A stretch of DNA of 64,000 nucleotides from Octopus sinensis (Eukaryota). Below, piece after piece: positions 1-11,055 of this stretch. The first letter of the stretch is position 1. Each line of letters begins with the position of its first letter. Under the pieces are notes generated by a model. The model did no database searches. It was not told the DNA's origin and saw nothing but the letters and a program-made list of their open reading frames with translations. The translations under genes were made by a program, and so were the position numbers. Location of the stretch: contig NC_043010.1 in assembly GCF_006345805.1 (NCBI RefSeq), positions 64,666,001 through 64,730,000 on the forward strand, in the 5' to 3' direction.

Positions 1-55
1 TCTGACAAAATTTGCAGTTCACAATGCTTGTTCAGAGGAGACATTATTTCTATGA

Positions 56-165
56 GGTGTCCCTCACGCATCCGATTCGGATATTGTTTGTAGTGGCTCT
101 TTTTTAGACATACTCTCACTCAGTAAGTCATTCTCTCTAGGTACGTTGATGATATAAAAGTATCA
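56..165 (+). pseudogene. Degenerate LINE reverse transcriptase fragment (CR1/L2-like)
   Basis: GVPHAS (like GVPQGS) at 56, LFVVAL in a shifted frame, YVDDIKV at 142; frameshifted. Confidence 0.4.
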
Positions 166-732
166 AAAACATACATTTCAGTAAAAATTAAACGTATTAT
201 ACAAATAGACAGAATGTAGTCGACACGCAAATCAGTACTGGGAAATTTTGTGTATTCAGCTATCAATCTACAAGGATATCACAATTAGAATGCAATGAAC
301 TGGCAGGTCTTGCCATTGGAAATACACAACTACATGAGCAGAGACTCAAGATTATTACTAAATGATGCGCAACGAACATATGGAATTATGTATTTTGTAT
401 GATTCCATGTACGTGCCGCATGGCTCACACCCTCAGAATTGTGAGGTTGTGTCGTCGGTTACCAGACCGGATTATATGTTATGTTTTTACTCGGCTGTAG
501 AAATGATTTACGACGTGACCGGTGCCGAGCTGCATCGGCTTTTACCTTTCCCTTCCACAACATTGGTTGCATACCAGAAATTCTCCATGTGGGAACTTTG
601 TGAATAGATGCACATTCTCGGGTGTATGCATTGATACATCAACCAACACACAAATTTAACCGCATATTTACAAACACAAGGAATTCTTTTGATTCAAAAG
701 TCTTGTTGCTTTGTTAGCAAACGTCTGAACTC

Positions 733-968
733 ATACCTACATACATACATGCATGCATACATACATACATACATACATACATACATACATACATACATAC
801 ATACATACATAAATACATACATACATACATACATACATGCATACATACATACATACATACATACATACATGCATACATACATACATACATACGTGCATGC
901 ATGCACGCTCGCACACACGCATACATACATACATACATGCATGCATACATACATACATGCATACATGC

Positions 969-999
<31 letters not shown>

Positions 1000-1731
1000 C
1001 ATACATGCATACATACATACATACATACATAATACATACATACATACATACATACATACATACATTACATAATGCATACATACATACATAACATACATAC
1101 ATGCATACATACATAATAAACATACATTACATACATACATACATTACATACATACATACAACATACATGCATAAATACATGCATACATGCATACATGCAT
1201 AATACATACTTACATACTTACATACATACTACATGCATGCATACATACATACATGCTACATGCATAATACATAAGACATACTTACATAACAATACATATT
1301 ACATACATTACATACATACATAACATACATACATACATACATTACATACTACATACATACATGCATACATACATACATACATACCATACATACATACATA
1401 CATGCATACATACATACATACATACATACATGCATACATACATACATATAATACATACATACATACATACATACATACATACATACATACATACATGCAT
1501 ACATACCACAATACGTGCATGCATGCACGCTCGCACACACGCATACATACATACATACATACATACATACATACATACATACATACATACATGCATACAT
1601 ACATACATACATGCATACATACATACATACATACGTGCATGCATGCACGCTCGCACACACGCATACATACATATATACATAAATACATACATGCATACAT
1701 ACATACATACATGCATACATACATACATATG

Positions 1732-1765
<34 letters not shown>

Positions 1766-1785
1766 TATATATAATATATATATAT
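733..1785. repeat. Long imperfect (TACA)n microsatellite ending in (TA)n
   Basis: Direct reading; recurring interruption acgtgcatgcatgcacgctcgcacacacgc at about 890, 1513 and 1633; source of the HTYI/MYVC ORFs. Confidence 0.97.
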
Positions 1786-2960
1786 CTGCAGTGCCAGTAT
1801 TCATGCCATCATTTGGGCAGCTTGAATGGACGCTTGATAAGATCCGAGTCACTGATGTGAAAACCCGAAGAATACTTACAAGTACACATGATTTCCGCAT
1901 AAACAGTGCCGTGCACAACCCCTAACCAAATCGAAAACAAAGTGGCAGTGGCTTAACATCGATCCAAAATGCCTTTGATTATTTCATCAAATCCCTTCGA
2001 CAAAATCTTTTAACCACCAAGTGTCGAAGTGCATCCCTTGATCATGTTTGCATACATGAGGCTAACAATATCGTAAGACATGGGAGGCACCTTCTAGAAC
2101 AACACTCTTTATCTGATAACCTAGAGTACATGCGCAAAATAAGTAGCACGACACTAGGGCAACGTCATCAGATGAAAGGATGAGCCTAGATGAGCAGAAG
2201 GCTGTAGAACGCTCCGAGATGATAGTAACATCGATCATCAAAGCGGTTTATCATGGACCAATAGCCGGATTACTATCGTCCACTTTGAAGGGTATGCACT
2301 TGCAATCCAGGAACAGGATGCACAAAAGGATTAGGGATACAGGAAAATTCAGTAAGATGTGACAACCGATGCAGACTTTGTAGTGTTAACACCGAAGATA
2401 TCACCCACATCATTAGCAGTTGTCCGAAAATGTTATCAGTCGATGAGACATTATGTTGTAGTTAGGACACTCTATAATGAAATCCGTCAGAAGGACATCC
2501 TCGAGGACAAGGAATTAAGAACCCAAAGTATGATAGAAGGCATAGCCACCTATAATTAAAAGGAGTACTGGTGGAATATCCCAGTTAAGACCTCAATAAA
2601 ACGCAATCACAACAGACCTGATATAATGATTTGGGATATTGAAGAGAATCTATGCACAGTTGTGGAAATTGCTAATTTCCAGCGCATGTTAACATGAAGA
2701 TGAAGATCAGTGAAAATGAGAACACCTACGCTGAACTACCGAGAAATCTGAAGTTATTCTATACAGGTTACAAGTTCAGGTTTATACCTGTAATTATTTA
2801 GGCCCTGTGATAGGTAACACACGGCCTAAATATCAATCTTGAGAAATTAGGCTACCCAAAACCAGAAAGAAGAAAGCTAATTCGAAGACTACAGATCCAT
2901 CCACCACTGGGACTGTAAGAATCTATAAAACTTCCCAGAAGTTTTGCATTTAGATATATA
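1786..2960 (+). mobile_element. 5'-truncated, decayed R4/Dong-like LINE (RT C-terminus and restriction-like endonuclease)
   Basis: AVPVFMPSFGQLEWTLDKIRVTDVKTRRILT at 1788; EYWWNIPVKTSIKRNHNRPDIMIWDIEENLCTVVEIA at about 2563-2673 (RLE PD..E motif); many stops. Confidence 0.8.
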
Positions 2961-3057
2961 TGAGCATGTCTAGATATGCAAATATACGCATAAGAATACA
3001 TACATAAAACAAAACATATAAATCTGCACATATGCATACATGCAAACACAAATACCC

Positions 3058-3270
3058 TGTTGATGATGTTGAAATCCCAATGGAGAAGCATTGAATCTAG
3101 GTTAGAAACCGGCGCAATCTCTATTGGCAAGAAACCCTGAAATAAAACAGATGTATGCATACATATATACCAACAAATAAAAATGCCCTCCTGCTGATGT
3201 TGAAATTCCAGTGACGGTGCGTTAGATCTATGTTAGAAACTGGCTCTTTCTCTATTGGCAAGAAATCTTG
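3058..3270 (+). repeat. Two diverged direct copies of a ~85-bp unit, probably a LINE 3' UTR
   Basis: gatgttgaaat..ctaggttagaaacc..tctctattggcaagaaa at about 3066-3137 and again at about 3196-3265. Confidence 0.65.
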
Positions 3271-3581
3271 CACGCATGCGCACACAAAGAGAAGCTAATC
3301 ATCTAAGAACCAAGAACACAATTAATAATCACTTTCATATGTAAAAAATTGTCAAAATCGTAAAAGGTAATCTCGTTTCTGCAACGTATATTGTCCTCGT
3401 AATAAGACAACATTCCTGTCGTGAAAAACCTAGACGAGTAGCCGCCCCTGGATTACTTCGTCTTACCCTGTACCATTTACTACATAATAACATGCTTTTG
3501 TATTAAGTCGAAGTACTCATCACTTATTAATGTCTCCATTGATGTAAAGACTGTATAAAACTAGCTTAAAGTAAGCGAACC

Positions 3582-3610
3582 GTTGCCGATGACAACACTA
3601 CGCATGCGCA
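3582..3610. promoter_or_regulatory. Candidate promoter: RFX X-box-like motif next to an NRF1-like motif
   Basis: gttgccgatgacaac (3582-3596) and acgcatgcgca (3600-3610) in non-repeat, relatively CpG-rich sequence. Confidence 0.35.
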
Positions 3611-4249
3611 TTCCTCAATCTTAATATCGTCTGCTACAAAGTCCGACGAGACAAAACAGATCAACATATGCACTCCACAGCTGACACTGAAAATTAATTC
3701 AGTGATTCCTTCGAAAATTACACAGTTCAGTAATATTTAATATTATAGCGTTATCTTTTTATTGGTAATTCTACTGAAAATAGAAAGACTGACAAAATAT
3801 TTTCTGCCGTTCTTACTACAGACATGGTAAGTAGAAACGTTACAATTATAAATTGAATCCAGAGTAAACCAAGTTACATCGACTTTAATGTCCTTCAATT
3901 TGTGATGAATGTTGCTGAAGAAATAGAATTCTGAGAAAGAGAAACTGCTTTTATTCACTCTATTGATTTGCCTCATTAATATGGAGCATCATTGCTATAA
4001 TAAATGAAATACAGAAACATCATAATAGAAATAGTTTATTTTCGAAAAGTTGGGTGAATATAAATTCATTGCAGACATCTCCATTCTTCTCTGTTGTCGT
4101 AGCTGATATGTTGAACGAAGAAATAATTTTACTCTTTGTCTCTGTAAATCTGGTATTGCCAATGTACAATGAATATAAGAACTCAGTAGCTCAAATACGT
4201 ACACGCACATACATTCACACACACGCATATATATATAACGCATGTATAA

Positions 4250-4430
4250 CGCTGTAACTAAAAAGTATGTGGGTCTTACAGAGAGAAATTTCAAGGCAAG
4301 ATTTCGTAATCACACAGCTTCACAGACTGGAATAAACGTGAGGCAACTAAACACAAGCACATGGTGGAGAAAAATTGATAAACAAAATATTCCAAGACTA
4401 AGATTTGAAATAAGATGTCACTATTGTTAA
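4250..4430 (+). mobile_element. Penelope-like GIY-YIG endonuclease remnant
   Basis: KKYVGLTERNFKARFRNHTAS closely matches KKYVGLTEGNFKARFNNHTLS in the ORF at 10397-10834. Confidence 0.85.
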
Positions 4431-4574
4431 TATCATCTTTGGTTAAAAGATAAAATTGATGGTATAAACATTAGTAACATAGGTGGTTCGCAGGCAAAGA
4501 GCTGTGTTTTTGGTGCTAAACAGAACCAGTACACTAACGGAATATAGCGTGACGGTCGAATTTTTACTAGGTAG

Positions 4575-4632
4575 TCCACAGTGAAGAGAGTCAAGGATTA
4601 AATTTCCAAAAGCCGAAACCCGGGTATGTGGA
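4575..4632 (+). ncRNA. Hammerhead ribozyme-like fold (degenerate) in Penelope pseudo-LTR
   Basis: Stem I TCCACA/TGTGGA; core GTGAAGA (C3 to G); GAAA; palindromic stem III ACCCGGGT; GUA cleavage triplet; weak stem II. Confidence 0.6.
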
Positions 4633-4859
4633 TGTCCTAAACTCTATAATCTTTCATAGATGTGTTTTTGCCTCGCCTACTGTTATTTGTCTGTTATCTT
4701 GGTGCTTTACGGTGCTTTTAATTAAAACTTTAGCTCTTATTTCTAGCAGGTTGATTCTTTTCTGCATCCTTACGGTTCGTGCAAATTTGTAATTTGTAGC
4801 TAAATAATCGTATTGCTGTTACAGAAAACCAACGATTTCATCGCACGAATGAGATGGCT

Positions 4860-5700
4860 GACCTTCTTTTATGATAACAAATCTAATATTGCATACTCCT
4901 CCAAAGATAAGGATTACCATTTCACTCGTTTGCCCCATAAAATCCGATCTGTGTGGCATTAGTAAATGCATAATACTCTGGCTTATCACCTTTGAGCAAC
5001 AGAATTAATCTTTCCCTTTGGAAAAGTAATCGTGATATCATTATGTGGTACCACTCTGTTCCTTACAAATCTAATACTCACTTCCCCCAGTTTGATATTT
5101 CGAGCTTTTACGCTTTCATATCTGTTATCCTTCTAAATAAGGCTCTAATGTTTGCGGGGAAACTTGCTTCTCTTTCTAAGTTTGACATTGACATTATTTT
5201 AGCAGCTGAAAAGCACGTTTGTTTTTATTTTTAATGAATACTGGTCACATACTACCACCATAAATCTCTTCGATATCATCATAGATTCTTCAGACTCTGC
5301 TCGAGTCACGACCCTGGTATATCTCTTTCTTCTCTCATAAACAAATGAACATTTTTCACAAATACAGGGACGTCAGGGTCGTCCACTGAGCGTATCCGTA
5401 AAGCCCTCGATAAACTCTTTAAAAACTTATTTGAACAAAGGAATAAAGTAACCACCTTCTGGGATCTGGCGCTTCACTTAGATTCTAGTCTCTACTAGCC
5501 TTACCAGAAGAGTAATGACTCTTTAGACTACATCGGCGTTCTGTCTAATCATCCTGAATATGTCTGATATAACATAAGGTATTTCTGTTAGGATTTCTAG
5601 GCTATCCGTCAATGAGGATTACTTACATTATCACACCCTGCACTATAAAAAGACTCTACGTAATAGCGTCTTCCTTGAGAGGTTCTCATATATCCCTAAT
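4860..5700 (+). mobile_element. Decayed Penelope-like reverse transcriptase
   Basis: WKSNRDIIMWY..QFDISSFY..DIDIILAA aligns to WSNSIEVVDWF..QFDIVDFY..DKDIIFRA of ORF 9338; PYQKSNDSLDYIGVLSNHP aligns to PYRKPNDRLSYINVGSCHP. Confidence 0.75.
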
Positions 5701-6949
5701 ACTGGACTGAAAACCAAACTAGAACTTTTATTTTATTCTAGATATATTAAGTCTCCTACCCAGACTAAGCCCTGCCTCTCTATGCACTAGCGCCTCTCAG
5801 CAAGCTTCCCTCGCTAATAATCACTCGGCTAGTTCTAAGGTGGATGCACTCCGACCACCCAACGCTGACCAGCTCAATACCAAGCACGGCCCTAAGGTCC
5901 CCAGGAGTAGAAAACGTGAGACTTTATAGTTTGCATTCCAGTTTTCTTCTCAAGTTAAACAACGTAAACTCTAAATTCCGACCCTAAAATAAGTATTATT
6001 CCATATTTAAGAAACCCACTATGAAAATGTCATATTCACAATCGTAAATTTGGGATCTATAATTGCCGATTCTAATAGGAGCAAACTCGGCCGTCTAACT
6101 TCAGGTCCTGTGAACCACTCTTTTGGCTTTCACATTAACCGAGTTCATAGTAACACGGTTAACCGGGAAAATCCTACCAACCCTAGCATTAGATCGGATA
6201 ACAATGCTTCTGGAATTAATGACATTAAGACTTAAAACCACGGCGATATGAAAATGACAGATCTTCTCCTTAGCTCTTATACTACCATAGAGGATTTAAA
6301 TCTACACTCGAATTACAATTATAACCTTTATACAATTTCGATACTATATAGCAATGCTTCTAATGTCGTGGTTTCTAATACTGATCTTCGAAGCAGTGTT
6401 CTTCCTAGCTTCAGTAGCAACGGCCCCGGAATAAATACTATCCAAGACAACCGTGTTCGATTAGGTCCAAGTATTGCCTATAATAATTTGCTCCAATTAC
6501 CTTTCTCTGGTCATCAAACTCCCACCTCCATTTTTGCAGGACAATTGAAAATATGTCACTTTCGATTTTAATCATATATAACATATTTCACCGAACAAAA
6601 TTTGAACAGGGAGGATTTAAACATATAAATATGGAGATGAAAACATTGTATCGTATAAACAATTACACAAAACTTTGCACAGCATCAAATAGCGTCGTTC
6701 ATTTGTTCGTGTAGGGCAGTTACAGGTGTTTTCTATTTGTTACATGTGACTTCTGTATTCCGAGGTTGCCAATTCAATGGTTCATCGTTCCCTGCCGAAT
6801 ATCATAGTCTGTTATCGGTGGGACTCTGGATTTAGAGGTCATTGTATCTAGTGTTGTGGAGAATGGATGGATCACATTAGTCAGCATTTTCGAAATTTCC
6901 AGTATCGTAACTGAGAAGCAAATCTATATCAGTGGAGAACCTTTCAGTA

Positions 6950-7145
6950 AAATTGGACGCTGTACGTCAAGCAAGACAGCCCGCGGTGTGGCACGGTATG
7001 ACGAAACCATGACGCAGGTATTCTTGCAGCGTCCGAACATTTATGACCTGTGGAGTTATGTCATAAAGCTGTTGTCACGTGTAGTATGAATCTGCTTATC
7101 TATTGAGTACCATGTGGCAAGAAGAAGCAATCACTGTGCATCACT
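6950..7145 (+). mobile_element. RTE-like LINE 3' remnant
   Basis: RGVARYDE resembles the GHVARY motif of RTE-type RT C-termini; ends agaagcaatcactg..cgcatcac-like tail also seen at about 11522; inverted copy at 7785-7950. Confidence 0.5.
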
Positions 7146-7147
7146 AC

Positions 7148-7258
7148 GCACACACACACACACACATACTCACACACACACTCACACACACACACACTCA
7201 CACACACACACACACACACTCTCTCTCTCTCTCTCTCTAAACACACACACACACACAT
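7148..7258. repeat. (AC)n/(TC)n compound microsatellite
   Basis: Direct reading. Confidence 0.95.
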
Positions 7259-7289
7259 TAGTTAATCAAAAAATAAAACGAAGAAGAAA

Positions 7290-7430
7290 ACACAAGAAAA
7301 AAAAAAACAACGGATGGACGTGGTACATGCAAAGTATTAAAACACGCTCAGGGAAGGAAACAGAGGTTTAACGATTCGAAGTTACGTTTTCAAATGATCG
7401 GAAGGGATTGGATGAAGAAAAAGTTCTTTC
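7290..7430 (-). mobile_element. Degenerate Penelope pseudo-LTR-type repeat
   Basis: Same family as 8575-8760 (ggacgtggtacatg..aagtatta..acgctcagggaaggaaa); ribozyme core lost. Confidence 0.6.
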
Positions 7431-7454
7431 TAAGACCAGAGAGTATACGAAGAA

Positions 7455-7780
7455 GTGTGTGTGTGGGTATGTGCGAGCGTGTGAGTGTGTGTATAAAGCC
7501 ATAAATGTGTGTGTGTGTGTGGTATTAACTGTTTATGTGTGTATGTGTGAGTGATCTTTGTGTCTGTTAATTCAGCAGCTGTGGTAACAGAAGTGGTGGT
7601 CATTTGTGTAGTTGTGTGTTTCTTCACATATGCGTAGATGGGATGGTCAGTGGCAGTCTGTATGTATATATGTGTGCGTGTATGTTTATGTTGTGTGTGT
7701 TTTGTGTGTGGTGTATGTGCGTGCGTGTGTGTATATGCATGTGTTGCGTGTGCGCGCGTGCATGTGTCTACATGCATGCA
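7455..7780. repeat. Degenerate (GT)n-rich tract
   Basis: Direct reading. Confidence 0.9.
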
Positions 7781-7784
7781 TGCT

Positions 7785-8400
7785 GATTGCTTCTTCTAGC
7801 CAGCAGATAAACGGATTCGTCCTACACGTGACAACAGTATTACGACATAACTCCACATGTCATAAATGCTCGGATGCTGCAGGAATACGTTCTGTATGGT
7901 TCCATCACTCGTCACTCGGTTGCACCTCCCGCTGTCTTGCTTGATGTAGGTACCGGCTGAGTTGTAGTACTCAGCTGTTATCTGAGGGATACAGGTCTAT
8001 GTCGCGTAGACGTCAGCTGGCAACTTTTTTCCGTCTTATGTGGGTAAAGTACCCAGTCTACCTGCTGTTTTTCACCGCTTAACTGTATTCCAAATGAGCC
8101 TTTTTGTCTGCAAAATATCAACACATTCGACGCTTCTAAAGTTTCTTTATAAAATGTTGTCGCATTCCAAAAGATATTATTTAGTGTTATAATTGTCAGT
8201 TATTGCTTAATGGTAGATTACTCAACCGATGTCTGACGGTTAGTATCCAATAAACGACTGCTGGCAAATGTTTTTTTCTCCGTTTTATAAGGGTAGAATA
8301 CCCAATCTTTCTGATGTTTTCACGGTTAATCTACGTTTGATACTTACTTCCTCTTCTCTAAAATACCAAACACATACGACTTTTCCAAACTTTGTGTATG
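7785..8400 (-). mobile_element. RTE-like LINE 3' remnant, inverted relative to 6950-7145
   Basis: 7785-7950 is the diverged reverse complement of 6960-7135; extension to about 8400 is less certain. Confidence 0.5.
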
Positions 8401-8574
8401 ATATGTATATATATATATATATATATCAGTAAAATTTACTATTTTGTGGGCTTACCTATTGCAATACTATTTGTGTACGAATAGGTGTATCCATATATGT
8501 TTATCTTTTTATGTATTTATATGCATATCGGTGTATATATACATTTAAGTCTACAAAAAGTAAAATAGATGAAC

Positions 8575-8760
8575 AAACACAAACAAACAGCAACGTGAGG
8601 ACGTGGTACATGTAAAGTATTAGCAGACGCTCAGGGAAGGAAAGAAAGATGGTTTAACGTTTCCAACAACGTTCTTCTTCAGAAACAGAGGAAAGTCCAA
8701 TAGAAAGGAAGACAGAGGAAGAAAGAAAATCGCTAACGATTCACATGTAGTTATTTATAT
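8575..8760 (-). mobile_element. Penelope pseudo-LTR-type repeat containing a minimal hammerhead
   Basis: Minus strand gtttCTGAAGAagaacgttgttgGAAACGTTaaac; second copy at 7290. Confidence 0.65.
8652..8686 (-). ncRNA. Minimal hammerhead ribozyme fold
   Basis: Stem I GTTT/AAAC; intact CTGAAGA and GAAA; palindromic ACGT stem III; stem II closing pair broken (G-G). Confidence 0.55.
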
Positions 8761-8815
8761 ATATAAGTGTGTGTGTGAATGGGTCTGTACATCTGTATAA
8801 TTATATACAACTGTA

Positions 8816-8834
8816 TCTCTCTCTCTCTCTCTCT

Positions 8835-8914
<80 letters not shown>
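8816..8914. repeat. (TC)n(TA)n(GA)n compound microsatellite (self-complementary)
   Basis: Direct reading. Confidence 0.95.
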
Positions 8915-8918
<4 letters not shown>

Positions 8919-8999
8919 CTATTATATATTGATGTGTCTACGTTCGTATATCTATGTCTATGTATATCATCATCATCATTATAATAGTTTAATATCCGT

Positions 9000-9335
9000 C
9001 TTCCAGTCTTGCATGGGTGAGACCGTTTGACAGGGGCCGGCCAGTTAGAATAATACATGAGGTTACTGTGTCTGTTTTGGCATGGTTTTCATAGTTGAAT
9101 TGCTTTTCCCACACCATCCGCCCCACAGAATGGACTTTTTTACGTAGCACCAGCACGAGGTCAGCACTGGCACGGTTTTTACAACTGGATGACCTTTGAA
9201 ATGCCAACCGCTTCACAGTGTCGAGTGGAGACTTTTTATATGTGTGTGTCTGTGTTTGCCCCGCACTACTGCTTGAGAACGGATGCTGGTTCGTTTAAGT
9301 CACCCTAATTGAGCTGCTCGGCAAAAGATACAATA
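9000..9335 (+). mobile_element. Decayed interspersed repeat and SINE fragments
   Basis: gcatggtttt..ctggatgacc..aatgccaacc motif shared with 25150-25190; tcggcaaaaga shared with the SINE at 27875. Confidence 0.5.
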
Positions 9336-9337
9336 GT

Positions 9338-10087
9338 ATGAGTACAAAGCTAAAAAAAGAGCGTGCCTTTATTACTATTAAAGATCACAAAGAAAACTTC
9401 CTTTCCAACCCTAAATGTAGGCTTATCAACCCAGCCAAGTCAAAACTTGGGATTATTAGTAAAGAAATTTTAGATAAAATAAATGCGAAAATTAAGACCG
9501 ATACTAGGCTAGTACAATGGTCCAATAGTATAGAAGTCGTAGACTGGTTTAAAGCCATTAAGAATAAGAAAAAAGCGAGGTTTACACAATTCGATATTGT
9601 TGATTTTTATGCCCTCATCTTCGCTAGCGACTTCATAGAAATTAGTACAAATGATAAGGACATAATCTTCCGTGCTAGAAAGACCTTACTTTTCAGTGAG
9701 AACGCAAAGTGGGTAAAAAACACCGACACAGAGGGCGCTTTCGATGTGAGCATGGGTTCATATGATGGGGCAGGCATCTGCGATCTAATTGGACTTTTTC
9801 TCCTAGATACCTTAGGTAAGACATTCCCTGACGTACATTTCGTCATCTACAAAGATGATGCCCTCGCCTTAACAGCTAATACAAATGGACCAGCACAAGA
9901 TCGTTTTAGGAAGGATATTATCCAGTTAATGAAATACTTCGGACTTAGTATAACTATAGATACTAACCTGACGGTTGTCAATTTCTTAGACGTTTCCTTA
10001 GATCTTAATAAGAATATTTATAAGCCTTATAGGAAGCCCAATGATAGACTAAGTTATATTAATGTAGGTTCATGCCATCCCCCATGA
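9338..10087 (+). CDS. Penelope-type reverse transcriptase fragment
   Basis: KDHKENF..KCRLINPAKS, QFDIVDFY, FDVSMGSYDGA, YKDD, VNFLDV motifs. Confidence 0.9.
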   Translation: MSTKLKKERAFITIKDHKENFLSNPKCRLINPAKSKLGIISKEILDKINAKIKTDTRLVQWSNSIEVVDWFKAIKNKKKARFTQFDIVDFYALIFASDFIEISTNDKDIIFRARKTLLFSENAKWVKNTDTEGAFDVSMGSYDGAGICDLIGLFLLDTLGKTFPDVHFVIYKDDALALTANTNGPAQDRFRKDIIQLMKYFGLSITIDTNLTVVNFLDVSLDLNKNIYKPYRKPNDRLSYINVGSCHPP

Positions 10088-10396
10088 AGATAGTGGTTTT
10101 AGCGAAAAAATAAAATATACACCCATTACTAGCCCAACAGTAAGGAAAAGGAATAATAGAAATAGGAAGGTCATCTGGTTTACGCCCCCTTACTCACCTG
10201 AGGTGGCCTTCAATATAGGTAAATATTTCCTGGCATTGATAGATAGACATTTTCCAGTTAACCATACTTATAGGAAACTCTTCAATAGACACAATTTAAA
10301 AATTAGCTTTAGTTCCACTACCAATTTTAAAAACATAATCAAAATAACATACAAAAAACACAACAAGAAAACAGCTGTTCATGCAGGAATAAAGAA

Positions 10397-10834
10397 TTGT
10401 GCCCGCTAAATGGAGCTTGCATGTCCAAGACCATCATATATGAAGCTACCGTAAACTCTATAACCACTAAAGGCACCGTTCCGACGAAGAAATACGTGGG
10501 CCTTACAGAGGGTAACTTCAAGGCCAGGTTCAATAACCACACTTTGAGCTTTAGGCACTGGAACAAAAGAAAAGCGACACAATTATCTAATCATATTTGG
10601 TCTTTAAGAGATAAAGGTGTCGATTATAACATACATTGGAAGATTTTGGCCAGATGTAAGCCCTATACCAACGACAGCGGAAGGTGCGGACTATGTGACA
10701 TGGAGAGATGGCTTATCTGGAAAAGCAGCTTAGACCCTACTACATGTCTAAACACAAGGACAGAACTTTTCGGGTCATGCCCACGTGTGACTAAATTTCT
10801 GTTACGTTTTTGGTCCCCTAAAGAAAACAGATAG
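10397..10834 (+). CDS. Penelope GIY-YIG endonuclease with CCHH motif
   Basis: CPLNGAC..IIYEATV..KYVGLTE..RFNNH..H..T.LS.HIW; C-terminal CGLC. Confidence 0.92.
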   Translation: MCPLNGACMSKTIIYEATVNSITTKGTVPTKKYVGLTEGNFKARFNNHTLSFRHWNKRKATQLSNHIWSLRDKGVDYNIHWKILARCKPYTNDSGRCGLCDMERWLIWKSSLDPTTCLNTRTELFGSCPRVTKFLLRFWSPKENR

Positions 10835-10995
10835 AACATGCTTTCTATGTTATGTCCCAAGAAGATTTTATATATTTTTATATAATTTTTATGGCGAAAA
10901 ATGCGAGCGATGTATAAGTACGCAGGCAAGCAGAGTTATAACACAGTAATTTCCCTTTGTATAACGGTATTTTTTCATAGCGTTTTCAAATAGCC

Positions 10996-11055
10996 AGATA
11001 ACCGAAGAGATGTCGTGGATTCCCACTTCGGCATCTGAAACTCAGAGTTTTATCT
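10996..11055 (+). ncRNA. Hammerhead ribozyme fold at Penelope 3' end
   Basis: Stem I AGATAA/TTATCT; core CCGAAGA (U4 to C); stem II GATGTCG/CGGCATC; one extra T then GAAA; stem III ACT/AGT. Confidence 0.7.

Noticed and set aside
689-1918. Long ORFs (HTYI/MYVC repeats), and similar ORFs at 7114-7944, 17215, 37548, 53781 and 63487
   Set aside because: Translations of microsatellites with no domain signal; only the first ~22 codons of the 37548 ORF overlap a real exon candidate
6050-6571. ORFs after the decayed Penelope RT
   Set aside because: Possibly the eroded endonuclease end, but I could not recover GIY-YIG motifs
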